Positions 44,200 through 52,787 of a stretch of 64,000 nt of DNA are shown one piece after another (position 1 is the stretch's first letter; every line of letters begins with the position of its first letter). Under the pieces are notes generated by a model. It worked only from the letters and a program-made list of their open reading frames with translations, was not told where the DNA came from and searched no databases. This DNA is from Acidobacteriota bacterium (GTDB lineage Bacteria; Acidobacteriota; Vicinamibacteria; Vicinamibacterales; UBA2999). The DNA lies in assembly GCA_046727855.1 (NCBI GenBank), contig JBKPDL010000006.1:27509-91508 (forward strand), written 5' to 3'. Both the position numbers and the translations under genes were made by a program.

Positions 44200-46830
44200 A
44201 TGCGTCGCGCCGCTCTCAGCGTCTTTCTCCTCGCCTCCGCCGCTCTTTCCGCTCAAACACCGACACTACGCGCGCCCGTGGAGTTCTTTGGCTTCCAAAT
44301 GGGCGAAGATCGCCAACTCGCCGGCTGGCCCGAAATCCAGAAGTACTTCACCGAGATGGCCGCGGCGTCGGATCGCGTGGAGTTGGTCGATGCGGGGCCC
44401 ACCACCGCCGGCAATCGGATACTTGCCGCGATCGTTTCTTCACCCGAGAACATCGCGCGGCTCGAGGAGATTCGCACATCGAGCCTGCGGCTGGCCGATC
44501 CGCGCAGAACCAGTGAAGCCGAGGCACGCGAGCTCGCCGCGCGCATGCCGGTGATCGTGGCGATCGGCGCCAGCATTCACGCCAGCGAAATCGGCGCCAC
44601 GCAAGCTGCCAACGAGCTGCTTTACACGCTCGCGACGTCGACCACTCCACAGATCGAAAGCGTGCTTCGCAACGTCGTCCTCGTTCTTCTTCCCTCCCTC
44701 AACCCCGACGGCCACACCCTGGTCGTCGACTGGTATCGCAAGTGGCGGGGCACCGAGTTCGAAGGCGCGCCCATGCCGTGGCTCTATCACCGCTACGTCG
44801 GGCACGACATCAACCGCGATGCATTCATGATGAACATGGCAGAGAACCGCACGATCGCCGATTTCTTCTATCGGCGCTGGCATCCGCAGGTGTTCCTGGC
44901 GATGCATCAGATGGGCCCGCGCGGGCCGCGGTTCTTCGTCCCGCCCAACTACGATCCGATCGATCCGAATTACGACCCGTTGATCTGGCGAACCGCCGGC
45001 CTGCTGGGTCACGCGATGGCGCTCGCCATGGAGGAAGACGGTCGCCGCGGCGTCGTGTCGAACGCGCTTTACGACTACTACTGGCCGGGATACGAAGACT
45101 CCGCCCCTCTCGGGCACAACACCGTCTGCCTGCTGACCGAAGTCGCGAGCGTGCGTGTCGCAACGCCGATTACTGTGGCGCCTGGTGAGTTGGAGGGGTC
45201 GCCACGCGGCCTGCCGGAGTATCGCGCGCAGATCAATTTCCCCAATCCCTGGCCGGGCGGACCCTGGCGGCTGCGCGACATCGTCGATTACGACCTTTCC
45301 GCGGTTCGTGGACTGCTCTCGGCTGCGGCACGTTATCGCGAAGAGATTCTGCTCAACTTTTTCCGCATGGGCCGCAACGCCATCGACGCCGGCTCGCGCG
45401 GCGGACCGTTCGCGTTCGTCATTCCCCTCGAACAGTTCGATCCAAATGCGGCCAACAAACTCCGACAGCTGTTGATCGACGGCGCTGTCGAAGTGCGCCG
45501 ATCGATTGAACCGTTTTCGATCGGAGAAACAACGTATCCGGCCGGCACGGATCTCGTGCTGATGCCGCAGCCGTTCCGCGCCTATGCCAAAACACTGCTC
45601 GAGAAGCAAACCTATCCGACGCAGCGGCGCACTCCGAACGCCCCGCCGGAACGGCCCTACGACGTCGCCGGATGGACGCTCCCGTTGCAGATGGCCGTGA
45701 CCGTCGAACGCATCGAGCAGCGATTCGAGGTGCCGCCCGCGCGCCTGCTCGATCGATCGACGATCGCGCCGGCGCAGGTATGGGGCGACAAAAAGGCCGC
45801 GTCTTTTGTCATCGACGGACGCGGCACAGGCGCGTCGATCGCGATCAATCGCCTGCAGCGCGCCGGGTTTGACGTCTCCTGGAGCACAGCGCCGATCGAG
45901 ATCGACGGCTTTGCTTATGCGCCGGGATCGATTCTGGTGTCAGGCAAGTCGAATTTGCCGGCCGCGGTGGAAACCATCACCAGCTCGCTTGGCCTTCGCG
46001 TCAACGGGCTGCCGCGCCGAGTGACACCGTCCGCGCGGCGCCTGGCAACGGCACGAGTCGGGCTCTACAAGTCGTGGGTTGAGAACATCGACGAAGGATG
46101 GACGCGATGGATCCTCGAACAATACGAGTTTCCTCATGAAACATTGAGCGATCAGGACATCCGCAAAGGCGATTTACGCGCGCGTGTGGACGTGATCATC
46201 ATTCCGGACCAGCCGTCCGACCGCTTGATGAACGGCCACGCCGCCGGAACCATGCCAGCCCAACATACCGGCGGCCTCGGCACCGACGGCGCAGCGGCGA
46301 TCAAGCAATTCGTCGACAGCGGCGGCACCCTCGTCACGCTCGATTCAGCGAGTGACTTCGCGATCAACCTTCTCGCACTGCCGGTGCGCGACGTGCTCCG
46401 TAACGCGCCTCCGGACAAATTCTTCTGCCCGGGCTCGCTTCTGCGCGTCAGCCTCGATCAGGAGGAGGAATTGAGCTACGGTCTGCCGCCGACGGCCGCC
46501 GCGTTTTTTGCTTTCGGCAGCGGATTCGAACTGACCTCCCGCGGCGAGAGCTCGAATCCGGAATCGGGCGCGGTTCGGCCGTCCGCAAAAATCATTGCGC
46601 GTTATGCAAGACAGGACGTCCTCCTGAGCGGCTGGCTCGAAGGCGAACCGGCGATCGCTGGCCAGGGCGCGATCGTCGACGCGCATGTCGGTGCCGGCCG
46701 AGCGGTGCTGTTCGGATTTCGGGTGCAGCATCGCGCGCAGGCGCTCGGCACGTTCCGTTTGCTCTTCAACACCATCCACACGGCATCGTCTTTGCCTCCT
46801 TCCGCAAAAAGACGACGGACAGGCCGGTAA
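44200..46830 (+). CDS. Large secreted M14-family metallocarboxypeptidase-like protein
   Basis: ATG 44200 gives the signal peptide MRRAALSVFLLASAALSAQTP. Zinc motif SIHASEIGA (HxxE). Multi-domain, 876 aa from this start. Confidence 0.7.
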   Translation: MRRAALSVFLLASAALSAQTPTLRAPVEFFGFQMGEDRQLAGWPEIQKYFTEMAAASDRVELVDAGPTTAGNRILAAIVSSPENIARLEEIRTSSLRLADPRRTSEAEARELAARMPVIVAIGASIHASEIGATQAANELLYTLATSTTPQIESVLRNVVLVLLPSLNPDGHTLVVDWYRKWRGTEFEGAPMPWLYHRYVGHDINRDAFMMNMAENRTIADFFYRRWHPQVFLAMHQMGPRGPRFFVPPNYDPIDPNYDPLIWRTAGLLGHAMALAMEEDGRRGVVSNALYDYYWPGYEDSAPLGHNTVCLLTEVASVRVATPITVAPGELEGSPRGLPEYRAQINFPNPWPGGPWRLRDIVDYDLSAVRGLLSAAARYREEILLNFFRMGRNAIDAGSRGGPFAFVIPLEQFDPNAANKLRQLLIDGAVEVRRSIEPFSIGETTYPAGTDLVLMPQPFRAYAKTLLEKQTYPTQRRTPNAPPERPYDVAGWTLPLQMAVTVERIEQRFEVPPARLLDRSTIAPAQVWGDKKAASFVIDGRGTGASIAINRLQRAGFDVSWSTAPIEIDGFAYAPGSILVSGKSNLPAAVETITSSLGLRVNGLPRRVTPSARRLATARVGLYKSWVENIDEGWTRWILEQYEFPHETLSDQDIRKGDLRARVDVIIIPDQPSDRLMNGHAAGTMPAQHTGGLGTDGAAAIKQFVDSGGTLVTLDSASDFAINLLALPVRDVLRNAPPDKFFCPGSLLRVSLDQEEELSYGLPPTAAAFFAFGSGFELTSRGESSNPESGAVRPSAKIIARYARQDVLLSGWLEGEPAIAGQGAIVDAHVGAGRAVLFGFRVQHRAQALGTFRLLFNTIHTASSLPPSAKRRRTGR

Positions 46831-46841
46831 GTACGCAGGTT

Positions 46842-46872
46842 CTGCTCGCGTCTGCAGAGAGGAGGCGAGCAG
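46842..46872 (+). other. Hairpin CTGCTCGC-N15-GCGAGCAG just after the M14 peptidase stop
   Basis: An 8-bp perfect stem read directly. No U-tract follows, so a terminator function is unproven. Confidence 0.35.
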
Positions 46873-46890
46873 AAAGTGCGAGCGTCATTT

Positions 46891-47017
46891 ACCCCTTCAA
46901 CTCGACTCAGTTGCGAATCGTGGCATCGCGGCGATCCGACCGTACGGGCGGAAACGGACGTCTTTCGCATGACTCGCGGCGTTGGCGCTACCCACTCACG
47001 TGAGCTGCGCGTTTAAG
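46891..47017 (+). repeat. Intergenic repeat family 1, copy E (about 127 nt)
   Basis: Shares AATCGTGGCATCG, CGACCGTA(C/T)GGGCGGAAAC, CTCGCG(G/C)CGTTGGCGCTA and the TTTAAG tail with the other copies. Its 3' part overlaps the annotated 5' end of the SNF2 helicase ORF. Confidence 0.8.
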
Positions 47018-49309
47018 TCCGGCGACCAGGTGGAAGTGCGCGGCGAAGTGTGGGTCGTTGTCCAGAGCGAAGTCTTTGCCGACTGCACGCTCGTCACGCT
47101 GCGCGGCAGCGGCGAAGACAACCACGGGCAGACCACACGCATTCTCACGCCATTCGATCGGCCGCGCATGCTGCACGTGACGGATCTTCCTCGGCGCGTC
47201 AACCGGCAGCGCGTGCTGCAGACCGCCGCGCGGGCTGTTGCTCGCACTTATCGCTGGGTCGACCCGTGGACGGCGGCGCGCGCACGAATCGACCTTCTGC
47301 CCTGGCAGCTCGAACCGGCCACTGCGGTGATCGGCGGCGCCACCCGAGTGCTGCTGGCGGATGAGGTCGGGCTCGGTAAAACGATCCAGGCTGGCCTGAT
47401 CCTTTCCGAGCTGCGTGCACGCGGGCTCGTCACGCGGGCGCTCGTTCTCACGCCGGCATCGCTACGTGAGCAGTGGGCGGCGGAACTGCGCGACCGCTTC
47501 GCGCTCGATGCGCAGGTGCTCGACCATGCCGCGCTGACGACGGTGCTGGCCACGCTTCCTGTCGGCGTGAATCCGTGGGAAACGACCGAGATTGCGATCT
47601 CGTCGATCGATCTGGTCAAACGCGGCGACATGCGCGGCGCAGTCGACGCCGTTCCTTTCGATCTGTTGATTGTCGACGAGGCACATCATCTCAATCCAGG
47701 CACCGAGCGCGGCGCGCTCGTCATGTCGTTGGCGGCTCGTATTCCGTGGGTCGTGCTCGCAACCGCCACTCCGCCCGCCGGTGACGACCGTGCCTTTGCA
47801 TTTCTGCAGAACATCGGCGCGCACCAGAACGGGCCCGATCTGCTCGTGTTTCGACGGTCGGCACAACAGACGGGGCGCCGCCGCACGCGCCGTTCGCGGT
47901 TTCGGGCGGTCGCGCCGAGTCCGCTGGAGCGCCAACTGTTGGACGAGACATATGTGTATGCACAGGAGATCTGGCGCCACGCCGGCGACGGTCCCTACGG
48001 CGCCATGGTCGCGAGCGTCACGTGCAAGCGTGCCGTGTCTTGTCCCTCCGCGCTTGCGCGCACCCTCGAACGCCGCCATCAGCTGCTTCGCGGCGGCAAT
48101 GTGAGCGAGGCCTCGCAGCCTGTGCTGCCATGGCTCGAGGACGAGAGGGCCGACGATTGCGAGCCGGATGCGGTGCTCGGCAGTCCGGGACTGGCCGATC
48201 GATCGCGCGAGCTCGCATGGATCGAGCGCATCGTGAGCCTGGCAAAGGCGCTCGCGGGTCGATCAACGAAGTTCGACGCGATCGGACGGCTGCTTGCGCG
48301 AACCAACGAACCGGCAATTGTGTTCAGCGAATATCGGGATTCGATGACGGCACTGGCGACGCGCCTAGGGCAGTGCGTTGCGGTTGCGCTCCTGCACGGC
48401 GGCATGTCGCCGCGTGAGCGCCGCGAATCGATCGAGCGCTTTGTGCGCGGCCAGGCGCGCGTCCTGCTTGCGACCGACGCCGCTGGCGAAGGGTTGAATC
48501 TGCAGGAACGCTGCCGGCTGGTGATCAATCTCGAGCTGCCCTGGAGCCCGACGCGGCTCGAGCAGCGCGTCGGACGCGTTGACCGTCTTGGACAGCGTCG
48601 CCGCGTGCACGCACGACATCTGTTCTATCGAGACACGTTCGAGGACCACGTCCACAGCCGGCTGCAGGCGCGGCTTGACGCGATGCCGGCGTTCGCTGAG
48701 GACTTCAGCGACAAAGCAATCCAGGAGGTCGTCGACCGTGTATCTCTGGCTCGCACCGCGTTGCACCTCACCATCTCAGGGCGATACCGCTGCCGGCACG
48801 AGCGGCGGCCGGTTTGCGCGCTGTTTCCGCGGCGACGCGATCGAACGTCGGCGATCCTGCTGCTGTTCGGCGCGGACGTTCACGACCGCAGCGGGCGATG
48901 GGTCGCCCGTGAGCTTGTCCCAGTTCGCGTTGTCTGCGACCGTGGTGCGTTCCGCAGCGACGATCGTCATGCCATCTCGCGATTGGCTCAATCGGACGTG
49001 GTGCAGAGCGCGATTGCCGCAACGCTGAAGCGGCATCTGAGCGTCGCGCACACCGACGCAGGTCGCACGTCGTCCGCGCTCAGCGCACGGCTCGCCGGCA
49101 TTCTGGAAACTCTGACGCCGCAGCGTCCGGCGCTGTTTCAGGGCTCTCTTTTCGACCGCCAGGCCGAGCGCGCCGCAGGTGCCAGCAATGCCGCTGCACA
49201 GAAACTGCGCCACCACCTCGAAGCGCGGCGCGACGCGTTCATCGCGCTGGCCTACGTGAAGGCGTCGGCTCCGCGACTCATCGCGGCATGGCCGCTGGTC
49301 GCGGAGTAG
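46982..49309 (+). CDS. SNF2-family (SF2) helicase/translocase, 775 aa
   Basis: Motif I LLADEVGLGKTIQAG, II LLIVDEAHHLN, III LATATP, V LLATDAAGEGLNLQ, VI LEQRVGRVDRLGQ. It also has an N-terminal beta-rich module and a roughly 220-aa C-terminal extension without recognisable motifs. The start is uncertain: TTG 46982 or GTG 47000, both inside repeat copy E. Confidence 0.85.
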   Translation: MALPTHVSCAFKSGDQVEVRGEVWVVVQSEVFADCTLVTLRGSGEDNHGQTTRILTPFDRPRMLHVTDLPRRVNRQRVLQTAARAVARTYRWVDPWTAARARIDLLPWQLEPATAVIGGATRVLLADEVGLGKTIQAGLILSELRARGLVTRALVLTPASLREQWAAELRDRFALDAQVLDHAALTTVLATLPVGVNPWETTEIAISSIDLVKRGDMRGAVDAVPFDLLIVDEAHHLNPGTERGALVMSLAARIPWVVLATATPPAGDDRAFAFLQNIGAHQNGPDLLVFRRSAQQTGRRRTRRSRFRAVAPSPLERQLLDETYVYAQEIWRHAGDGPYGAMVASVTCKRAVSCPSALARTLERRHQLLRGGNVSEASQPVLPWLEDERADDCEPDAVLGSPGLADRSRELAWIERIVSLAKALAGRSTKFDAIGRLLARTNEPAIVFSEYRDSMTALATRLGQCVAVALLHGGMSPRERRESIERFVRGQARVLLATDAAGEGLNLQERCRLVINLELPWSPTRLEQRVGRVDRLGQRRRVHARHLFYRDTFEDHVHSRLQARLDAMPAFAEDFSDKAIQEVVDRVSLARTALHLTISGRYRCRHERRPVCALFPRRRDRTSAILLLFGADVHDRSGRWVARELVPVRVVCDRGAFRSDDRHAISRLAQSDVVQSAIAATLKRHLSVAHTDAGRTSSALSARLAGILETLTPQRPALFQGSLFDRQAERAAGASNAAAQKLRHHLEARRDAFIALAYVKASAPRLIAAWPLVAE

Positions 49310-49310
49310 A

Positions 49311-52300
49311 GTGGTGCGCTCGGCGATCTCCGGAGCTCTCATTCCCCCAGGCTTTCTCGCCGATCATCTTGCCGCCCAATTCCAATCGGAGCTAACGGCG
49401 GCGAAGCAGTCGATGCCGATTGCCGCCTTCGCACGATGGTGGCGCCGCGCGGCGCGGCAACTCGGTCCCGCGTCGAGCGTACGGCGCGTTCTCGACATCG
49501 GCGTGCTGCCGTTGCTCGATCTGCTTGGCCATGAGGTTCTCCACCTCGAGCCATCTTCAGAAGGATTCACCGCTGTCCTCGGCTACAAGCGGAGACCTAT
49601 CGCTGTTCTCCTCGTGCTGCCATGGGACCGCGCTTCGGATCACACCTTTCGGACGGCAGCGCGGATCGCGCGGACGGCCGGAACGCGCTGGTCGGTGGCG
49701 GCCACAGGAGCTCGCCTGCAGATCATCGACTCGTCGCGCCCGTGGTCGCGGCGCGCGCTGGAGTTCGATCTCGAGCGCGTCATCGCCGACGAACGCGCGC
49801 TGCATCTCCTCTGGACGCTCGCACGGGCGGGGGCCTTCGCGGACTTTCTCGAGTCCGTGATCGAACGCGCGGATGCCCACACGGTGGACGTCTGCACCTC
49901 GCTCAGCGACGGCGTCATGACGTCATTGAGCACGCTCGTGACTGCCATGACACGGAGTGGCACAACACGCAGGCACGATCCCGAGGTCACGTTCGAACAG
50001 GCGCTCACGTTGGTCTATCGCCTGTTGTTTCTGCTCTTTGCGGAAGCGCGTGCGCTCGTGCCCACATGGCACCGCGTTTATCGCGACGCTTACACCATCG
50101 AGGCGCTCTGCACGCGCAGCACGCGGCACAGTCGGCCGGCCGGCTTGTGGCAGGCGTTGCAGGCAATCTCTCGCCTTGCACATGCAGGATGCCAAGCCAG
50201 GGATCTCTGCGTCACGCCGTTCAACGGACGGCTTTTTTCTCCAGCTCACACCCCGCTCGGCGAGCGCGCGCGCATCCCTGACGCAGTGGTTCGCGAAGTG
50301 GTGCTCTCGCTCGCGACTGCGCCCACGGGCGTCGGACGCCGGCGTATTGCGTACGCGGATCTCGGTGTGGAGCAGCTCGGCGCCGTGTACGAAAGAGTAC
50401 TTGAATACGAGCTGCGGCCGCACAACGGGCCACTCATCCTCACCCGCACGTCCACGGAACGAAAAGCGACGGGCAGCTTCTACACGCCACGCTCGATCAC
50501 CGAATTTCTCGTGCGCCGCACGCTTCATCCGCTCGTCGCCGGACGGACGAGCGACGAGATTCTTTCGCTTCGAGTTGTCGATCCAGCCATGGGCAGCGGC
50601 GCGTTCATTGTGGCTGCCTGCCGCTTTCTAGCGAACGCCGCGGAACACGCGCGGATCGAATCAGGAGAGTGGCGCGCCGACGAGGTCACCGTGGAGCAGC
50701 GTGCCGAACTGCGACGCACCATCGCGCAGCGCTGTTTGTACGGCGTCGATCGGAACCCTACAGCGGTGCAACTGGCGCGCTTGTCGCTGTGGCTGACGAC
50801 GCTCACGACCGATCGCCCGCTGACGTTTCTCGATCATCACCTGGTCAGCGGTGATAGTCTCGTCGGCGCTCGTCTCGAGGACCTCGCGCGACAACCGTCT
50901 GCGGGAGGCAGCGCACGCTCACCTGCAGGTCAGGCGCTTCCGTTATTCGAAGGCGCCGCCTCGTCTGAGATGGCCGCACACGTCCTGCCGGATCGTTTTC
51001 GCATCGCGGAAGAACCCGGCGACACGCTTGCGGCGGTGCGGGCGAAAGAGCGCGCTTTGCAGAGCCTCAACGCACCGGGCGCGCCGCTGCAGCGATGGAA
51101 GGCCGCCGCCGACCTCTGGTGTGCGGGGTGGTTCTGGCCGGAACGCGCGCTCACACCAGCCATGTACGGCGAATTGCTCGCGGCCATTCTGCAGTGCCCT
51201 TTGACGCTGCCGGACCGGCAGGTGCAGAAACTGCTCCATCAGGCCGGCACGCTGGCGCGGCAGCTACGCACGTTCCACTGGCAACTCGAGTTTCCTGAAG
51301 TGTTCTTCGATCGTGTGGGACGGCTGCGGCCTGACGGTGGGTTCGACGCAGTGCTCGGCAATCCTCCGTGGGATGTGCTCCGCGCCGACACCGGCAGCGA
51401 ATCCGTTAGAGCCGAGGCTCGCCGTCAACAGAAGGACGGCCTCAGATTCCTCAGGAGCTCCGGCGTGTATGCCCGTCAGGGCGGCGGACATCCGAATCGC
51501 TATCAGTTGTTCGCCGAACGTGGGTTGCAGCTGCTGCGGCACGGCGGGCGGTTTGGTGTGATTCTGCCATCCGGCATCGCAAGCGATCGCGGGAGCGCGC
51601 CGCTTCGGCGCCTGCTGCTCGACTCGACCGCGATTGATCGCTTGTTTGGCTTCAGCAATCGCGATGGCATCTTCCCCATTCATCGCGACATGCGATTTGT
51701 GCTCGTCACCGGCACGCGAGGAGGTGTTACCACTCGTCTCGCGTGTCGGTTCGGCATACGTGACGCAACCTGGCTCGATAGCCTTCCCGACGCGGCGTCA
51801 GAAGATCCGGCGGACGCGAGACCGATCGTGCTTTCGCGTACGTTGCTCGATGCCTGGGACCCCTCTCATCTGGCAATCCCGGAACTTGATAGCCCGACGG
51901 ATCTCGAAATCCTTGCGCATGTGACGGCGACAGTGCCCGGACTCGGCAGCGAACGCGGCTGGCGGGTGCAATTTGGCCGCGAGCTGAACGCGACCGACGA
52001 CAAAGCTCACTTTGAGCCCTGTCGCGAGGCAAATCGAGAGAGCCTGCCCGTGATCGAAGGCAAGCACCTGACGCCGTTCAGGGTCGATGCCGCCCGAGCG
52101 GCATGGGCTATTCCGCCACGAACGGCCTCGCGATTGCTGAACGTCTCTGCAACGTTCGGGCGAGCGAGAATTGCGTATCGCGATGTCGCGAGCGCGACCA
52201 ACCGCCTTACGTTGATTGCCGCCATCCTGCCAGCGAAAACCGTCTCAACACACACTGTGTTCTGCCTCAAGACCCCGCTCGGCGCCGCAAGTCAGTACTG

Positions 52301-52643
52301 TCTTGTCGCTCTTCTCAACAGCCTGGCCGCGAACTATCTCGTGCGGCTACAGGTCACGACACATGTGACCGCGTCGCTGATGTCGCGTCTGCCGGTACCG
52401 AAACCGGATGGCCGCTCGCCTGATTTCCGCGAGCTGGCGCAGCTCGCGCGCGAGTTGGAGAAGAGCGGCATCGAAGCACGTCCCGACGCCTATGCGCGCC
52501 TCAACGCAATTGCGGCACGCCTCTACGGGTTGCGCACCGACCAGTACGAACACGTGCTGACGACCTTTCCGTTGATTCCGCTCGAAATTCGGCAGCGATG
52601 TCTCGCCGCCTACCGTGAAGCCACGGAAGCACGGAAACACTGA
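49311..52643 (+). CDS. Large gamma-class N6-adenine DNA methyltransferase of type IIG / PglX / Eco57I-like architecture, 1110 aa
   Basis: GSFYTPRSITEFLV. SAM motif I VVDPAMGSGAFIV. CLYGVDRNPTAVQLARLSLWL. FHWQLEFPEVF. Catalytic motif IV VLGNPPWDVL (NPPW at 51360-51371). Roughly 400-aa C-terminal TRD-like region. GTG lies 1 nt after the helicase TAG, with GGAG 5 nt upstream. Confidence 0.85.
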   Translation: MVRSAISGALIPPGFLADHLAAQFQSELTAAKQSMPIAAFARWWRRAARQLGPASSVRRVLDIGVLPLLDLLGHEVLHLEPSSEGFTAVLGYKRRPIAVLLVLPWDRASDHTFRTAARIARTAGTRWSVAATGARLQIIDSSRPWSRRALEFDLERVIADERALHLLWTLARAGAFADFLESVIERADAHTVDVCTSLSDGVMTSLSTLVTAMTRSGTTRRHDPEVTFEQALTLVYRLLFLLFAEARALVPTWHRVYRDAYTIEALCTRSTRHSRPAGLWQALQAISRLAHAGCQARDLCVTPFNGRLFSPAHTPLGERARIPDAVVREVVLSLATAPTGVGRRRIAYADLGVEQLGAVYERVLEYELRPHNGPLILTRTSTERKATGSFYTPRSITEFLVRRTLHPLVAGRTSDEILSLRVVDPAMGSGAFIVAACRFLANAAEHARIESGEWRADEVTVEQRAELRRTIAQRCLYGVDRNPTAVQLARLSLWLTTLTTDRPLTFLDHHLVSGDSLVGARLEDLARQPSAGGSARSPAGQALPLFEGAASSEMAAHVLPDRFRIAEEPGDTLAAVRAKERALQSLNAPGAPLQRWKAAADLWCAGWFWPERALTPAMYGELLAAILQCPLTLPDRQVQKLLHQAGTLARQLRTFHWQLEFPEVFFDRVGRLRPDGGFDAVLGNPPWDVLRADTGSESVRAEARRQQKDGLRFLRSSGVYARQGGGHPNRYQLFAERGLQLLRHGGRFGVILPSGIASDRGSAPLRRLLLDSTAIDRLFGFSNRDGIFPIHRDMRFVLVTGTRGGVTTRLACRFGIRDATWLDSLPDAASEDPADARPIVLSRTLLDAWDPSHLAIPELDSPTDLEILAHVTATVPGLGSERGWRVQFGRELNATDDKAHFEPCREANRESLPVIEGKHLTPFRVDAARAAWAIPPRTASRLLNVSATFGRARIAYRDVASATNRLTLIAAILPAKTVSTHTVFCLKTPLGAASQYCLVALLNSLAANYLVRLQVTTHVTASLMSRLPVPKPDGRSPDFRELAQLARELEKSGIEARPDAYARLNAIAARLYGLRTDQYEHVLTTFPLIPLEIRQRCLAAYREATEARKH

Positions 52644-52677
52644 GGCCAAGGGACCGATCTCGCCAGCTCTCTGTCCA

Positions 52678-52742
52678 AAATACCTCCTTATCTCCCGATC
52701 TCCTTGTGAAATACCTCCCCGATCTCCCCGATCTCCCTGTGA
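52678..52742. repeat. Two tandem 32-33-nt direct repeats (AAATACCTCC..CCGATCTCC..TGTGA) in an AT-richer patch
   Basis: Read directly. The CCGATCTC(C) core occurs four times between 52654 and 52736. The minus-strand reading contains AAGGAGGT and GGGGAGGT Shine-Dalgarno-like cores. Confidence 0.7.
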
Positions 52743-52753
52743 ACTCGTATCAC

Positions 52754-52767
52754 TTCGCTCGAGCGAA
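52754..52767. other. Perfect 14-nt palindrome TTCGCTCGAGCGAA between the convergent MTase and panE genes
   Basis: Read directly. It has no loop and no U-tract. The surrounding TATCACTTCGCTCGAGCGAAAC weakly resembles the tail of repeat family 1 (TATCCGCTCGAGTGAGC). Confidence 0.4.
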
Positions 52768-52787
52768 ACCAACGGTCGCGACGCCGG

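Noticed and set aside
46982-47002. TTG 46982 as the true start of the SNF2 helicase
   Set aside because: It is not rejected outright but is unreliable. The codon lies inside repeat copy E and has no Shine-Dalgarno sequence. In-frame GTG 47000 or GTG 47030 are equally possible. The feature keeps the track coordinate with this caveat.
52678-52742. Tandem 32-33-nt direct repeats considered as a mini CRISPR array
   Set aside because: There are only two adjacent units with no unique spacers between them. The repeat has no palindromic core and there are no cas genes in the window.
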